Shown in pieces: positions 10,856 through 22,500 of a DNA stretch of 40,145 nt. Positions within the stretch are counted from its first letter, which is position 1. Each line of letters opens with the position of its first letter. The notes under the pieces are model-generated. The model was not told the origin of the DNA. It made no database searches and worked only from the letters and a program-made list of their open reading frames with translations. The position numbers and the translations under genes are program-made. The stretch spans positions 1 through 40,145 of the forward strand of contig MRSU01006754.1 in assembly GCA_008369845.1 (NCBI GenBank). Direction: 5' to 3'. The stretch is from Trichomonas gallinae (lineage: Eukaryota).

Positions 10856-12727
10856 TTATGCTACTTTATCGCTTTCACTTGTATTGCCTTGGAGCTGTCT
10901 TTTGACGAGATTGTAGTAGAATCCTTTTTGTTCAAGTAATGAATCATGTGTTCCTGTTTCAACGATTTGTCCACCATCGAAAACTATGATTCTGGTGCAA
11001 TTTATAATTGTCGATAAACGATGTGCAACAACAATTCCTGTCCTTGACTTGATAATTCTATCCAAAGCTTCTTGAACTTTCTTTTCGCTTTCGCTGTCAA
11101 GAGCACTTGTTGCTTCATCAGTTATCAAAATATCAGGATTCTTAATAACTGCTCTAGCAATAGCAATTCTCTGTCTTTGACCTCCTGACAATGATGTACC
11201 TTTATCACCAACAGCATGAGCTAAGTTATCACCAAACTTTGAAACGAATTTCTTAGCGTTTGCTTCTTCCAAAGCATTCCACACTTTTTCGTCATCAACT
11301 TCGCCTTCAAGTCCATAGCAAACATTTTCTTTAACTGAGCCATGGAAAAGTGTTGGTTCCTGTGAAACTAAAGCCATCTTCCTATGCAACCATCTAGGAT
11401 CAAGTTCTTTGATATCGCGTCCATCAATTGTAATAATTCCTTCAGTGACATCATAGAATCTTTCAATCAATTGCACGCAAGTTGACTTTCCACTACCTGC
11501 ATGGCCAACTAACGCTAGATATTCACCAGGTTTTATTTCAAAGCTGACATTTGTCAAAGCGTTTGTCTTGCGGGTTGGATATCTGAATGTCACGTTCTTG
11601 AACTCTATGTGGCCCTTGAATTCATTCGGTTTTTCTCCACCTTCGAAATTAATTGATGGTTGATATTCGAGCAATTTAAGGACTCTCTGACCTGACTGTA
11701 TTGCTCTAGCTTCTGTTTGGAAAGTGTTTTGGAGGACAATCAAATTGAAGCATGCAAGAACACAATATCCGAAAACTGAAACAAGTCTTCCAGGCGTGAA
11801 CATTTGACCATTCTGCTTAGTTCCAACCATTGTTGCTCCATAGTAAACAACACCAGCGATAAATCCCCAAGTGAAGACCATGAAGCACATGAACATTGTT
11901 GAAGCAGTAAGAATAAGCTTTCTGTCATGTTTTGCAGCAGTTTCTGTCTGCTGTGTAAATCTTTCGATTTCAGCTTCTTCTGCGTTGAATCCTTTTACTG
12001 TTCTTATTGATGAAATTGCTTCTTCTGCGATTGTTATTGAGCTCGTGATGAAAGTGAACTTCATTATTGCTTGCTTTACAATTGGAGCTTGGAAAGCTTT
12101 CATGATTAATAATGCAACAGGAACAAATGCAACTAAAACGAGGCCAAGTTTCCAACTGATGACAAACAAGAAAATGAAAGCAGTGATAAAACCAGAAAAG
12201 TTTTGGATCTGAGAATGTTTAATTGAACCAAAACTTTCCTGCAAAGTTGCTGCATCTTCTCCTAAAATTGTCAATATTGTGCCAATTGAATTTGTATCGA
12301 AATAAGCAACATCATATTTCATCAATGATGAGAACATTTGATCTCTAACTTTGACGGAAATACGAGTTCCAACTCGCATCCACAACATTGACCCCAAAAG
12401 TGAACAAATCGATGTTACTGTGATACATATTAACAAATAAATTATTTGTTTCGTTGCTGGTGGGAGTGGATCATCAATATTTTTTAATGAATAATCTGAA
12501 CAAATTGAAATAATGTTTCCAACGAACAGATATAATATAATCTGGACAATACCTGCAATAAATGATGGAATGATGGCGAAAATAGCGATCCATTCAGAAA
12601 ACATCAATGAATAGACTAATTTCTTCGCTTTTTTGTTATCACCTGGTGCGGGAGGAGCAGATGGTGCAGCATCTTCAACTTCTTGTTTCGAATACTCAGA
12701 AGATTCGCGTGAATGTTCAGACATCAT
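10856..12727 (-). CDS. ABCB-type half ABC transporter (TMD+NBD)
   Basis: Multi-pass N-terminal TMD, Walker A GHAGSGKST, Q-loop VSQEP, LSGGQ, ILITDEATSALD and AHRLST. First ATG is at 12727 (the ORF track's GTG 12775 is unlikely). Confidence 0.95.
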   Translation of the reverse strand: MMSEHSRESSEYSKQEVEDAAPSAPPAPGDNKKAKKLVYSLMFSEWIAIFAIIPSFIAGIVQIILYLFVGNIISICSDYSLKNIDDPLPPATKQIIYLLICITVTSICSLLGSMLWMRVGTRISVKVRDQMFSSLMKYDVAYFDTNSIGTILTILGEDAATLQESFGSIKHSQIQNFSGFITAFIFLFVISWKLGLVLVAFVPVALLIMKAFQAPIVKQAIMKFTFITSSITIAEEAISSIRTVKGFNAEEAEIERFTQQTETAAKHDRKLILTASTMFMCFMVFTWGFIAGVVYYGATMVGTKQNGQMFTPGRLVSVFGYCVLACFNLIVLQNTFQTEARAIQSGQRVLKLLEYQPSINFEGGEKPNEFKGHIEFKNVTFRYPTRKTNALTNVSFEIKPGEYLALVGHAGSGKSTCVQLIERFYDVTEGIITIDGRDIKELDPRWLHRKMALVSQEPTLFHGSVKENVCYGLEGEVDDEKVWNALEEANAKKFVSKFGDNLAHAVGDKGTSLSGGQRQRIAIARAVIKNPDILITDEATSALDSESEKKVQEALDRIIKSRTGIVVAHRLSTIINCTRIIVFDGGQIVETGTHDSLLEQKGFYYNLVKRQLQGNTSESDKVA

Positions 12728-13365
12728 AAATTTTGAAAAGAATTTTTCTTCATAAAATTGAATATAAAAAGACACATTGCGGTTTGAAACTTAATATATC
12801 ATTTGCCTTCAATCAATTGATACTGATTATTTAAAAAAGCAATCATTATTCATTTAAAATTTTTTGAAATCATTTCAAATTGAAAAATAATTCAATTTTT
12901 CTGTATTTTTAACGGAAAAATCTAAATTTTTCGACCAAATTTTTAGAAAAATTAATAAACCATTAAATGAATATTATATATATCGAAAAGTGACAAATTT
13001 AAATTTTTCTATAATTGAAAGTATAAATTCAAATTTTTCAATTATGACTCTCAATGAAAGTGACTATAAAATTTCCACTTATTGGTAAAATTTCATGTGC
13101 TTTATATAATTAAAATGAGCACAAAACTTTTTACCAATTAGATTTTTCCCATTTTTTGAAAATGTTATATCATTCTATTTTCTAATAAACATATTGGTTA
13201 ATAATAATTTTTTGTGAGGAAAACGTGCATAAAAATGTGTCTATTTTATGAGATTTCAATTTTGGAAAATTTCTTATTGAAATTTATGACTATGCTTAAC
13301 AGCCTTCAAATAACAGTATTATAAAATTTCTGAAAAAAATATCAAAAAAAGAAAAAAAAACAAAA

Positions 13366-15162
13366 ATGAGTGAAAGTTTAAAGGGCAATCGTACTCAAGA
13401 AGCTAAACAAGAGATTCCTGGGTATAAAGTCATCTTCAGGATCATGAGATACTTTAACAGGAAAGCAATTTTCATTCTTGGATTATTTTTAGCATTCCTT
13501 ACAGGTGTCTCTCAGATGTTTTTAAACATCACTATGGGAGATATCACGACTGCTATCACAACATCAGAGGATTTCATGGGAGCTGTGAAGAAAAATATTC
13601 TCAAATTTATTATCTTCGCAGTAATCTATATATTTATATGGTACATGAAAGATATATGCTCTGGTCTATCCAATCCAAGATTCTTATCAGATATACGAAC
13701 CGCATTATTCAAAAAATATATGGAGCTCGATATATCTTATTATGATCAGTACCAAACTGGTTCTCTCCTTGATAGAATCACAACTGACTGCACAACAATA
13801 ACTTCCATATATATGGAAAAAATGATTATGATGTCGCAACATATGGTGCAAACCATTGCGGGCATTGTGCTGACATTCATTATTTCATGGCAAATAGGCC
13901 TTGCAACTTTCATCGCTATTCCTTTATGTATGATTGTATTTTTCGTTTCAGAAAGAATGATTGGGAAACAATGGGCGAAATACAATGATGCAAACAATAG
14001 TGCAGGTTCTAAGGCCGAAGAAGTCATTTCTTCATTCAGAACAGTGAAATCATTTGATAATGAATTAAAAGAAGCTGATAAATACAGAAAATCCTTGAAT
14101 GACGTTGTTGGCTACATTAAAACAACATCAAGAATATCAGGAATCAAAGATGGCCTAGTTTATTTCATAATTTACGGAATGATCGTCGGCTTCCTTTATT
14201 TCTGCGTCTGGATCATTGCCAGAAAGCCATCATGGGGAATGGAGAATGGTGACATCATGACACTCTTCATGGTTCTAATTTTCTCCGCTCTCGGTGTTTA
14301 TCAATCTTTAACCCTTGTTGAAGACTTCAGGAAGGCAAACGCATCAGCGAGAAAGATTTTAGAGATCCTTGAGACGCCAACAATCATCAAAAAAGATGAA
14401 GGAAAGACAAACAAAGAAAACATGAAAGGAAAAATCGAATTCAAGAATGTCTCATTCAGATATATGAACAAAGAAAACTACGCAATTAAAAACCTGAATT
14501 TCACGATTTCTCCGGGTGAAACTGTTGCTTTTGTTGGAGAAAGTGGATGTGGAAAGAGCACAACACTGCAATTGCTGCAGAGATTCTATGATATCGAAAG
14601 CGGAGAAATTTGCATTGATGACGAAAATATCAAGAATCTTTCGCCAAGGTTTTTGAGGTCGCAGATTTCTGTTGTTCCGCAGTCATCTGTCTTGTTTTCT
14701 ATGTCCATCAAGGACAACATCAGATATTCAAAGCCTTCAGCAAGTGATGATGAAGTTACACAAAGTTCGAAGTCAGCAAATTCTCACGACTTCATCATGA
14801 ATCTTCCTGACAACTACCAAACAATGGTAACACAGACATCATTGAGTGGAGGCCAAAAGCAAAGAGTTTGCATCGCAAGAGCTATATTAGCAAACACACC
14901 AATTCTCATGCTTGATGAAGCAACATCTGCTTTGGACACAGAGAGTGAGAGACTTGTACAGGAAAGTCTTGAAACAGTCAGAAAAGGGAAGACAGCAATT
15001 ATTGTTGCACACAGATTGTCAACTGTCATCAACGCTGACAAAATCTTTGTGTTCAAAGAAGGATCAATCGTTGAAGAAGGAAAGCATGAGGAGCTTCTAA
15101 AACAAGGAGGTTATTACGCACAATTGATCAAAAACCAATTACAAAAAGAAAATCAAAAATAA
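13366..15162 (+). CDS. ABCB-type half ABC transporter (TMD+NBD)
   Basis: TMD followed by GESGCGKST, VPQSS, LSGGQ, LMLDEATSALD and AHRLST. Confidence 0.95.
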   Translation: MSESLKGNRTQEAKQEIPGYKVIFRIMRYFNRKAIFILGLFLAFLTGVSQMFLNITMGDITTAITTSEDFMGAVKKNILKFIIFAVIYIFIWYMKDICSGLSNPRFLSDIRTALFKKYMELDISYYDQYQTGSLLDRITTDCTTITSIYMEKMIMMSQHMVQTIAGIVLTFIISWQIGLATFIAIPLCMIVFFVSERMIGKQWAKYNDANNSAGSKAEEVISSFRTVKSFDNELKEADKYRKSLNDVVGYIKTTSRISGIKDGLVYFIIYGMIVGFLYFCVWIIARKPSWGMENGDIMTLFMVLIFSALGVYQSLTLVEDFRKANASARKILEILETPTIIKKDEGKTNKENMKGKIEFKNVSFRYMNKENYAIKNLNFTISPGETVAFVGESGCGKSTTLQLLQRFYDIESGEICIDDENIKNLSPRFLRSQISVVPQSSVLFSMSIKDNIRYSKPSASDDEVTQSSKSANSHDFIMNLPDNYQTMVTQTSLSGGQKQRVCIARAILANTPILMLDEATSALDTESERLVQESLETVRKGKTAIIVAHRLSTVINADKIFVFKEGSIVEEGKHEELLKQGGYYAQLIKNQLQKENQK

Positions 15163-15902
15163 AGCTTATATAGATTTATTATAAATCTTTTATGATTATT
15201 ATTTTGACAATCCGACAAATGCCAAAGCTGGATGCACTCCTGTTTTTGTCCAATCAAAGGTGTTCGAATATAGATGTTTATACTAAATTTATGTGTAAAC
15301 AGTGTCAGGAAAAAATTAATTTTATATGTGCATCGTCATTCATGAATTATTTGCGCTAAACATACTGATTGATCTCAAGAAAAATGCAATAGGAGCGATT
15401 TTTATCCCAGTATTTTGAATCCCATTGTAATTTACATGTATAAAATAAGTCATGGCAATGAAAAATGATAGCGCACTTTTTTGTTCTTCATGATGAAAGT
15501 TTTATTTTATCTTGCTTATGTTGAGCTAGCCCTTCATCATCAGTGTGAGACATCTAGATATATATCTATTGATTGATAAGAATGAAAAATCAAAATATGC
15601 ATATTAAAATTTAAAATGTAAGATCATGTTGATCAATAATTTCTAGGATGATAGGTAAATTATTTTATCATTTTTGTGCTAGATCATATATATACATAAA
15701 GGAAAGATGTGATGCTTATAGTTGGAAGGTATAATACTCATTCACATAATTTGATTTCAACAAAAAAACTGAAAATTTTCTCCGATAATTTGATGAAATT
15801 CTCCCATCATCTATAAGTATGATGAATTTGATGGTGCAAGAGAAAAAAAAAAAAAACAGATATTATGAAAGGTGCTCAAAAACTGTCACTTCATTTTTAG
15901 TA

Positions 15903-16871
15903 ATGAACGCTAAAAGTTACTTCAAAGTCGGCCAAAAGATTTATGACTACAACTTTAAGCCAGGATTTTCATTAACATTGAAGAAGAAGAAAAGCAATGT
16001 TACAGTTGCTTGCGATTCTGAGATGAAGAATCCAAATTTAACTTCAACAATCAATGTACTCCCTGGAATATTCTTCAAAATAGACTCAAAGAAAGAAAGC
16101 CCATGCTCAATTGACTGGGAACCAGAAATTTTTGAATACATTTGGGCTTATATCCCAAGGAATTCGCATTCCAGCGGAATAATAACAAAACTGATAAGTG
16201 ATCATGCCAATAACTCAGTCACAGTTTTAGTTAAATATAAGAAAATCTTACAATCAATCAAAATTGAACCATCATGCGGTCTCTGGATCCATCCAGATGC
16301 TTTCCCCGAGAATGTTGGTGAGATAAACGTCAATGAAATAGGCCATTTGCTCTCAAGACTCTTTATTTACGATTTACAATTAACATACAAGAGACTTCGC
16401 TTGAGCGCATTATTTGATACTCAAAAGAACTACCACAGTGCTGGTGCTTTCTTGAAGATTACGAAGAATCTTCGCTCCGGCTTTCTTTTCAATTATAATT
16501 TCGATGGAATCAAATCATTGAACTTATTCGGCAAAGTCTCCGAAAATGGAAGCAAGCTTGCACTCATTGGTACAGTTCTCAACGATAAACCATCCATTGC
16601 CGCAAAAACTAAGATCAAGCTTGAGAAATCCTTAAGATTTGGTTTCTCAGCTAAATACGATGGTGACTTTGGTGGTGATGTAGGATTAATAATCAAATCC
16701 AGACAAGTCAAGACCCAAGTTATTTATTCTCTTTTGCCTGCAACATTCAACCACACATTCAATGTCAACGCCCAGTTCAAGGCTGGAAAGTCAAGCTTAA
16801 TTAAATTCGGTGTCAAGACCGGCACCGAAATTCAGAAACCACAAATTTATGCAAATCTCGAAATCGAATAA
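15903..16871 (+). CDS. Eukaryotic porin-superfamily (Tom40/VDAC/Mdm10-like) beta-barrel, putative hydrogenosomal outer membrane
   Basis: About 322 aa rich in amphipathic beta-strand patterns (LRFGFSAKY, GGDVGLII, LIKFGVK); Tom40-like N-terminal FKPGFSLTLKK; C-terminal strand QIYANLEIE. ATG 15903 follows Inr TCACTT/TCATTT at 15886-15896. Confidence 0.6.
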   Translation: MNAKSYFKVGQKIYDYNFKPGFSLTLKKKKSNVTVACDSEMKNPNLTSTINVLPGIFFKIDSKKESPCSIDWEPEIFEYIWAYIPRNSHSSGIITKLISDHANNSVTVLVKYKKILQSIKIEPSCGLWIHPDAFPENVGEINVNEIGHLLSRLFIYDLQLTYKRLRLSALFDTQKNYHSAGAFLKITKNLRSGFLFNYNFDGIKSLNLFGKVSENGSKLALIGTVLNDKPSIAAKTKIKLEKSLRFGFSAKYDGDFGGDVGLIIKSRQVKTQVIYSLLPATFNHTFNVNAQFKAGKSSLIKFGVKTGTEIQKPQIYANLEIE

Positions 16872-17163
16872 ACTTTTTTATCTTTTTATCCTCAAATATG
16901 ATATATTTCAATCAATCCATTTTCATAACTAAAAAAAACTAATGAATTTGTGAAAAATGTCATGTAAAAATAAAATCTGACGTGTAAAAACTATAATGTC
17001 AAATATTAAAAAGTATCAAGAAATAGAAATGTGATAAATATCATTTTTTATTATGTCACTTTTAAATCGTCACTTTTCAATGAAAATATTTTTTATTCGA
17101 AATCTATAATGCAGGGTTTATTTCTCGGTTAAAAAAAGAAAATAAAAAATGTAATGTAAATAA

Positions 17164-18330
17164 ATGACACTTTTTAAAATGAACTCTGTCGAAGAGATTA
17201 ATGAATTGCGCAAATTCGACATTCTAACGGCCAAAAAGAACTCCTTAGACAAGTCCATCAACGATTCTATGCATGCGTTGGCGCTTTTCGAAACGATGCA
17301 AGAGAAGCTCTGCAAGCAGCATCAGGAATTAAATCAGGAAATCGATGACCTCGAAATAACGAATCAGAAATACCTGGATAGCTCCAGTAAAGTCCCGCAT
17401 TACAGGGAAGAGCACAAGATCCTTGAATTCTTTGATCAAATGAAAATCTTGGAAGCGGAAACAGAATACATTGATGCAACTCTTGAAGTGAGAAAGAAAA
17501 ACATCGCCGTTCTCAAAAGCAATCTAGCTTCAAATCAAGCCCTGCTTAAAAGGCTCCAAGATCAAATCCACGAGCAAACAGCAGCTTTGGAACAGACGCA
17601 GAAAGAGGAAGATGAGCGCCAGTCCACGATAAAGATGTTAAAGCAGAAAATTTGCGAAGCTGACGATTCTTACAGTCATTCTTCTGAAGCTTGCGAATCA
17701 CTGAAGGAAGAAATCAAGAACCAAGCTGAAGAAATGAAGACCATATCTCCAGAGGCAATGGAAATGCTCGTTCTTCAAAAAGATACATTAGTTGACGTTG
17801 TCAGGAAAGCAAAGGAAGAAAAGCGCAAACTCAAGCAGCAGAGGAAGCATGTCGAAACTAAATGCTTAGTCCAGGATAACATGCAGCAGAAGAGACTCGA
17901 CAAAGAAGCTTCTCCACTTGTTTGGATGAGCGAAAGGAATTCTTTGCTTATCAAGATCAAAAAGGCCCAGCAAGAACTTACAACACTCAACCAGCGCGAT
18001 CGTTCTGCCAATAAAGCGAAAGATAAAAATGCTCAAAAGATCGAGGATTTCCCAATTACTGAAGAAGACGTCAGGAAGGCACTCTTACTTGAGTTACGAG
18101 AGCTTGAATCTAAGGAAGACCTTTTCCTTGAAGAAGCTATCGAAACAGAGAAAAATTATCGTGAAGAATTAAAGAAACAAATAGCCGAGATAGAGGCGAC
18201 ATCTGAAAGCATAAACTCGTTCAAGGACAATGCGTTACTTTTGATGAAACAGCAAAATACAATCGTGTCAGGCACAGAAAGACTCGATTTACTCAGAAAG
18301 GAGCTCCAAGAGCTCAAATCGAAGCTGTAA
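17164..18330 (+). CDS. Coiled-coil hypothetical protein
   Basis: 388-aa E/K/Q/L-rich heptad ORF; the start may be ATG 17179. Confidence 0.85.
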   Translation: MTLFKMNSVEEINELRKFDILTAKKNSLDKSINDSMHALALFETMQEKLCKQHQELNQEIDDLEITNQKYLDSSSKVPHYREEHKILEFFDQMKILEAETEYIDATLEVRKKNIAVLKSNLASNQALLKRLQDQIHEQTAALEQTQKEEDERQSTIKMLKQKICEADDSYSHSSEACESLKEEIKNQAEEMKTISPEAMEMLVLQKDTLVDVVRKAKEEKRKLKQQRKHVETKCLVQDNMQQKRLDKEASPLVWMSERNSLLIKIKKAQQELTTLNQRDRSANKAKDKNAQKIEDFPITEEDVRKALLLELRELESKEDLFLEEAIETEKNYREELKKQIAEIEATSESINSFKDNALLLMKQQNTIVSGTERLDLLRKELQELKSKL

Positions 18331-18477
18331 ACTTAATCTACTCGGTGTACGTTGTAATCTTAATACTAAACTTTTATGTTGTTATTAATTTTCATACTTT
18401 TTATCAAAATTATCATTCCATTTAATTATATCTCTGATTGCTTATTATAACTGCTTATTCTAATTTAATCTATAGTA

Positions 18478-18542
18478 TTTTGACATGTAAAATTGTTTAT
18501 TTGTCATTTTCAAATTTACGTGACAAAATTGTTAAAAGTGAC
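18478..18542. promoter_or_regulatory. Motif cluster upstream of the MED4-like gene: TGACATGTAAA, TTTACGTGACA, AAAAGTGAC
   Basis: Three recurrent intergenic motifs within about 80 bp of the ATG at 18555. Confidence 0.6.
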
Positions 18543-18554
18543 AATATTTGAAAG

Positions 18555-19151
18555 ATGGCGAAACAAATGCCTTTACTCGCCGAATTATCAAATTGTCTTT
18601 CAGCGTACACTGAATCTCTCGAGAGAATTCTCAAGTGCATCGAGCATGCATGCGATGTTAATCATAAAAAGCACGGTTCTCCAGTTATCCTTCAAGTTCA
18701 GGATTTGCTTTCGATAGATGCAGAATTAAAGCGTCACCTTTTGAGGATGGATGAGTGGAGTGAAAGACAAAAGAAAATCGAAGAATTAGAGAAAACTCTT
18801 TCAAGTTTATCGATCAGAGTCAACGATTTCGCTAAAAATCTTTCTTCGGCGCAAACAGCACTGCAAGGATGTCTCGCTACTGCACAGAAAATTCAAAGAA
18901 ATGTTCAGCATCAAGAGTTGCCTACAGTTGGTGATATTTTGATGTCAGCACGCAACATTTCTAAGGCTGCGTCTGGTGCCCCAGCGCATCGTGGTGAATT
19001 CCCATATATGCCACAATTCAATGTCTTGAACCAAGCTACGATTTTCAAAGATTCTCTCCAATTAGAAGCACCAACAATTACAACAGAATCCACAAACGTA
19101 GACATGCTTAAACTTAATAGATCTGTAGCAGAAGATGAATCTTCTGATTAA
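18555..19151 (+). CDS. MED4: Mediator subunit 4-like protein
   Basis: Med4 pattern: coiled coil (LLSIDAELK...QKKIEELEK), then DILMSARNIS (cf. Med4 EIIKYAHRIS), a P-rich FPYMP segment (cf. RPYP) and an acidic tail. Confidence 0.72.
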   Translation: MAKQMPLLAELSNCLSAYTESLERILKCIEHACDVNHKKHGSPVILQVQDLLSIDAELKRHLLRMDEWSERQKKIEELEKTLSSLSIRVNDFAKNLSSAQTALQGCLATAQKIQRNVQHQELPTVGDILMSARNISKAASGAPAHRGEFPYMPQFNVLNQATIFKDSLQLEAPTITTESTNVDMLKLNRSVAEDESSD

Positions 19152-19510
19152 TTCAATTTATCATTTTTGTAATAAAAAAGAGTATAATGTTTTATTAAAC
19201 AGAATCCTTTTCTATAGTTCGTGTCCTATTAATAGCAACTCAATTACAATGAAAATCAATGATAATTTTGTGGAATTAACAATTCTTAAAATTTAAATGA
19301 GTAATCATTCATACAATTACTTTTCTTACTGATCTATTGAGTTTCTACTAATTTACAATTAAAATTTTCATATTATTTTTTGGATTTCATTTTTATTAAT
19401 TGTAATTCAAATTATATCTTCCATTATATCATAATGAAAATGTTTTTAAAGCTAGGTTAGTTCAAAATATAGATAAATAATTTAAATAAACAAAATAGAT
19501 ATGCAATCAA

Positions 19511-22500
19511 TTAAAACCATGAAAAAGGTATATTAGATTCAGATTGAATTAGCTTGTTAAGTTTCTCTTGGACTTCATTTGAATCTTTAAATCTTAATGA
19601 ATAATATTTCATTCTCGCTTCGCATTTGGCAGATATCTCCTGGGAATCACCAAAAATAGTAACACCAAGCATCTTAACGCGAGCAACTTTTAATGCTAAT
19701 GCATCACACGCTGAAATAAAACCGTTTTTGAATGGTCCCATCATTATCCTTTTATCATTTATCACTCGCAAACTGTTTTTAGCCTCTTCCACGCATGCTA
19801 GGTTTGGCTGTGATAAAAGGGCTGATTTCTTGTCCAGCAATGATCTAAACTCATTAAATGTTTCTGCTCGTCTGACATGTAAAACTGCAGATAATGCCGC
19901 AAAGTTATATGCGAACTGCGTCGTCCACTCAACATATGATTTCTTGGTGTCGAAAGCTTTGAATGAGTTCTTTTCTAAGGCGAAATCGTTCTTAACTAAT
20001 GGAAGAGAATCTGTTCTCGTTAAATAGATTCCTTCGTCTATTTTCGCGGACTCAACAATCATCATTCTCTGATTTCTCATGAAAGAAGGCGGAGATCTTC
20101 CGAATATCCTTGACAGCTCTCTGCAAGCAACTGTTGTCTCTGGGCTAGAGAAAGAAGTTGGTGTGATGATATAATTAACCCTTTCACCGCTATACAACAA
20201 AGCAGACATTCTCATATAATTGGAGTCGCATGAATCATATCTGAATGATAATTCAATTATCTCACTCAAAAGCTGCGTTTCAAGCAGTGGACTGGAATTA
20301 GGAACGCAAACTCTATTGTAATACGATGTGTTATCGTATTCACCAGTTCTCTCTGTTATATCGTTGAACCTGCTTTCGCTGCATGCTTTTTTAATTGCCT
20401 CCAAAATCGACGAATCATTTTTCTTTGTGTCTACGAGGAATGAATATGATGGATGGATTCTTGATAAAAGATTAGAAAGATTTGGCTCATTGATGAACAA
20501 AGAGCCGAAAAGATGAGAATATTCCCAAGGAATCTTGGAAATAGGAACAAGTGATGTTTGGACTTTTTTGGCTGAAACGAGTCCAGACTTTGCCAAATGA
20601 TATAATGTAGCGAAGGCAACAAAAGAGCGCGGATTCTTTTCGAAACATTTGCGGATTAAAGGATAAGCGAGATTTGCTTCTGTTACGTTTGGAGGACGAC
20701 TTAACAGGAAAATTAATAATTCTGATGGTTTCTTTTCATCTGGGTTGAATTCTTTCTCTTCTTGCTCCATGAAAGCGATCGCAGATTTTTCGATTAGATT
20801 CGTTTTAACAGGTAGAACCCTGTTTGTTGCTTTGTTGAATTTAGTTATTGCATCATCAAAAGCAATTTGAACATTGCTCATTTCGGCTGGAGAGATTTTG
20901 ATATAAATGTTTGGCTGCTCTTTTGATTTGAGAATTTCTCTGGCAAATCTTCGAATTTGTGAAATTGCAATGAACTGGAATAACTCGCTGCCCTGTGCAT
21001 TAGGGATTAACCTCTTGATGATTCTCTTTAGATGTGTTTGTATTTCTTGTATTGTTGCCTTTTTAGGCAGAGAATCAGCGAAATCTCTCATTAAGCATCT
21101 TTCTCCTTTGTGAAGCATCATCATTGAGACAGTTTTGATCATTTGTTGGTCATCACCGCAGTCTTTGATTGCTTTGTTGAAATATAAAAGATGTGACTCA
21201 AATAAAGGCTTAGGAACAATTAACATTGAAGAATCATTGTAATCAGGATTATCAGATAGATCGACTTTTTCTGGCCATTCAGATAATTCTGAATCAAATC
21301 CTAGTCTTAACACAGAATAAGAGACATTCGAGTTAGGAATATTCATATTTGAAATCAAATCGATCTCTAATCGTGATGTGAATCTTAAAATGCTTAAACT
21401 TATCATGTCTTCAGTGTCAAACAAAATTGACATTATTTTCGCAGCTCTTATTATTGGAACATCAACATCAACGAATTTTGTTATAACATTGAAGGCTGAC
21501 GGAACGTCAGATAAAATGTTAAGTATGTTAATCAGTAAATTGGGGAAGTCAATAATCGAGGAATCAACACCTTTTTCAACGAAAATCGGAATATTTGTCA
21601 AAGAATTCAAATGTATCAAAGCGTTTTTGTTTCCGTTTTTAGCCAACTGACTTAGAGCCAAATAAATGACTTTAAGCGCATAAAGTCGCTTTTCTTCTAC
21701 AACGTTTGAAATTATTTCAGATATCATAGCCTGCGAATTTTCAATTGTCAAAGAGAAAATCTGCTTGAGAACTTCACAAGCAATGAAAATTGACGTAGCT
21801 GTTGGTGTGTTTACGAATATGTGTGACGCGTTTTTAATGATTGAACTGATTTTAGAATCATAAGCTAATGATGTCTGCCACAAACTTAATATAGCGAAGC
21901 CTTTAGGAACATCTTTGAGTGACGACAATTTCTCCATTAAAACTTCTTGTGCTGGTTCAACAGTTAAAAACTTTTGAACAATCGGAAAACTCGCCAATGA
22001 CAATTCAAAGTTGTCTGTATTCATGCATGCGAAACAGAATTCAGCACATTTAATGTCGAAGTCAAACTTATCTGATATTTTGTGCAACTCTTTTATTATG
22101 GCAATCAGCGCAATTTCGTTAGTGTGATCGCGTTTCGATTGATGGAGTTTCGGAAGAATTATGCATGTTTTTTGGAAGAATTCATCTGGGAGAGGATGAA
22201 TAGTTGATAAGATATTTAACGATTCAATCAAGTTGTGTGAATATTTCATGATAAATTCGTTCTTTTCGTAAATTCTATTCATAATATTTTTCATTCTCGT
22301 AACAAAAGTTTCGATTAGATTAATGTCAACGTTTTCCATTGAGACCAATATCTTCGTCATATCTATTAAATAAGGGAAAACTTTTGATTCACCATAACAA
22401 TCATTGATAAATAGTAGATCAGTAATGAAACTCATTTTGCCCAAAAATGGTTTGAAATCTTCAATTGATTCAGCAATGATATGCATCAATTTGTAGCAAA

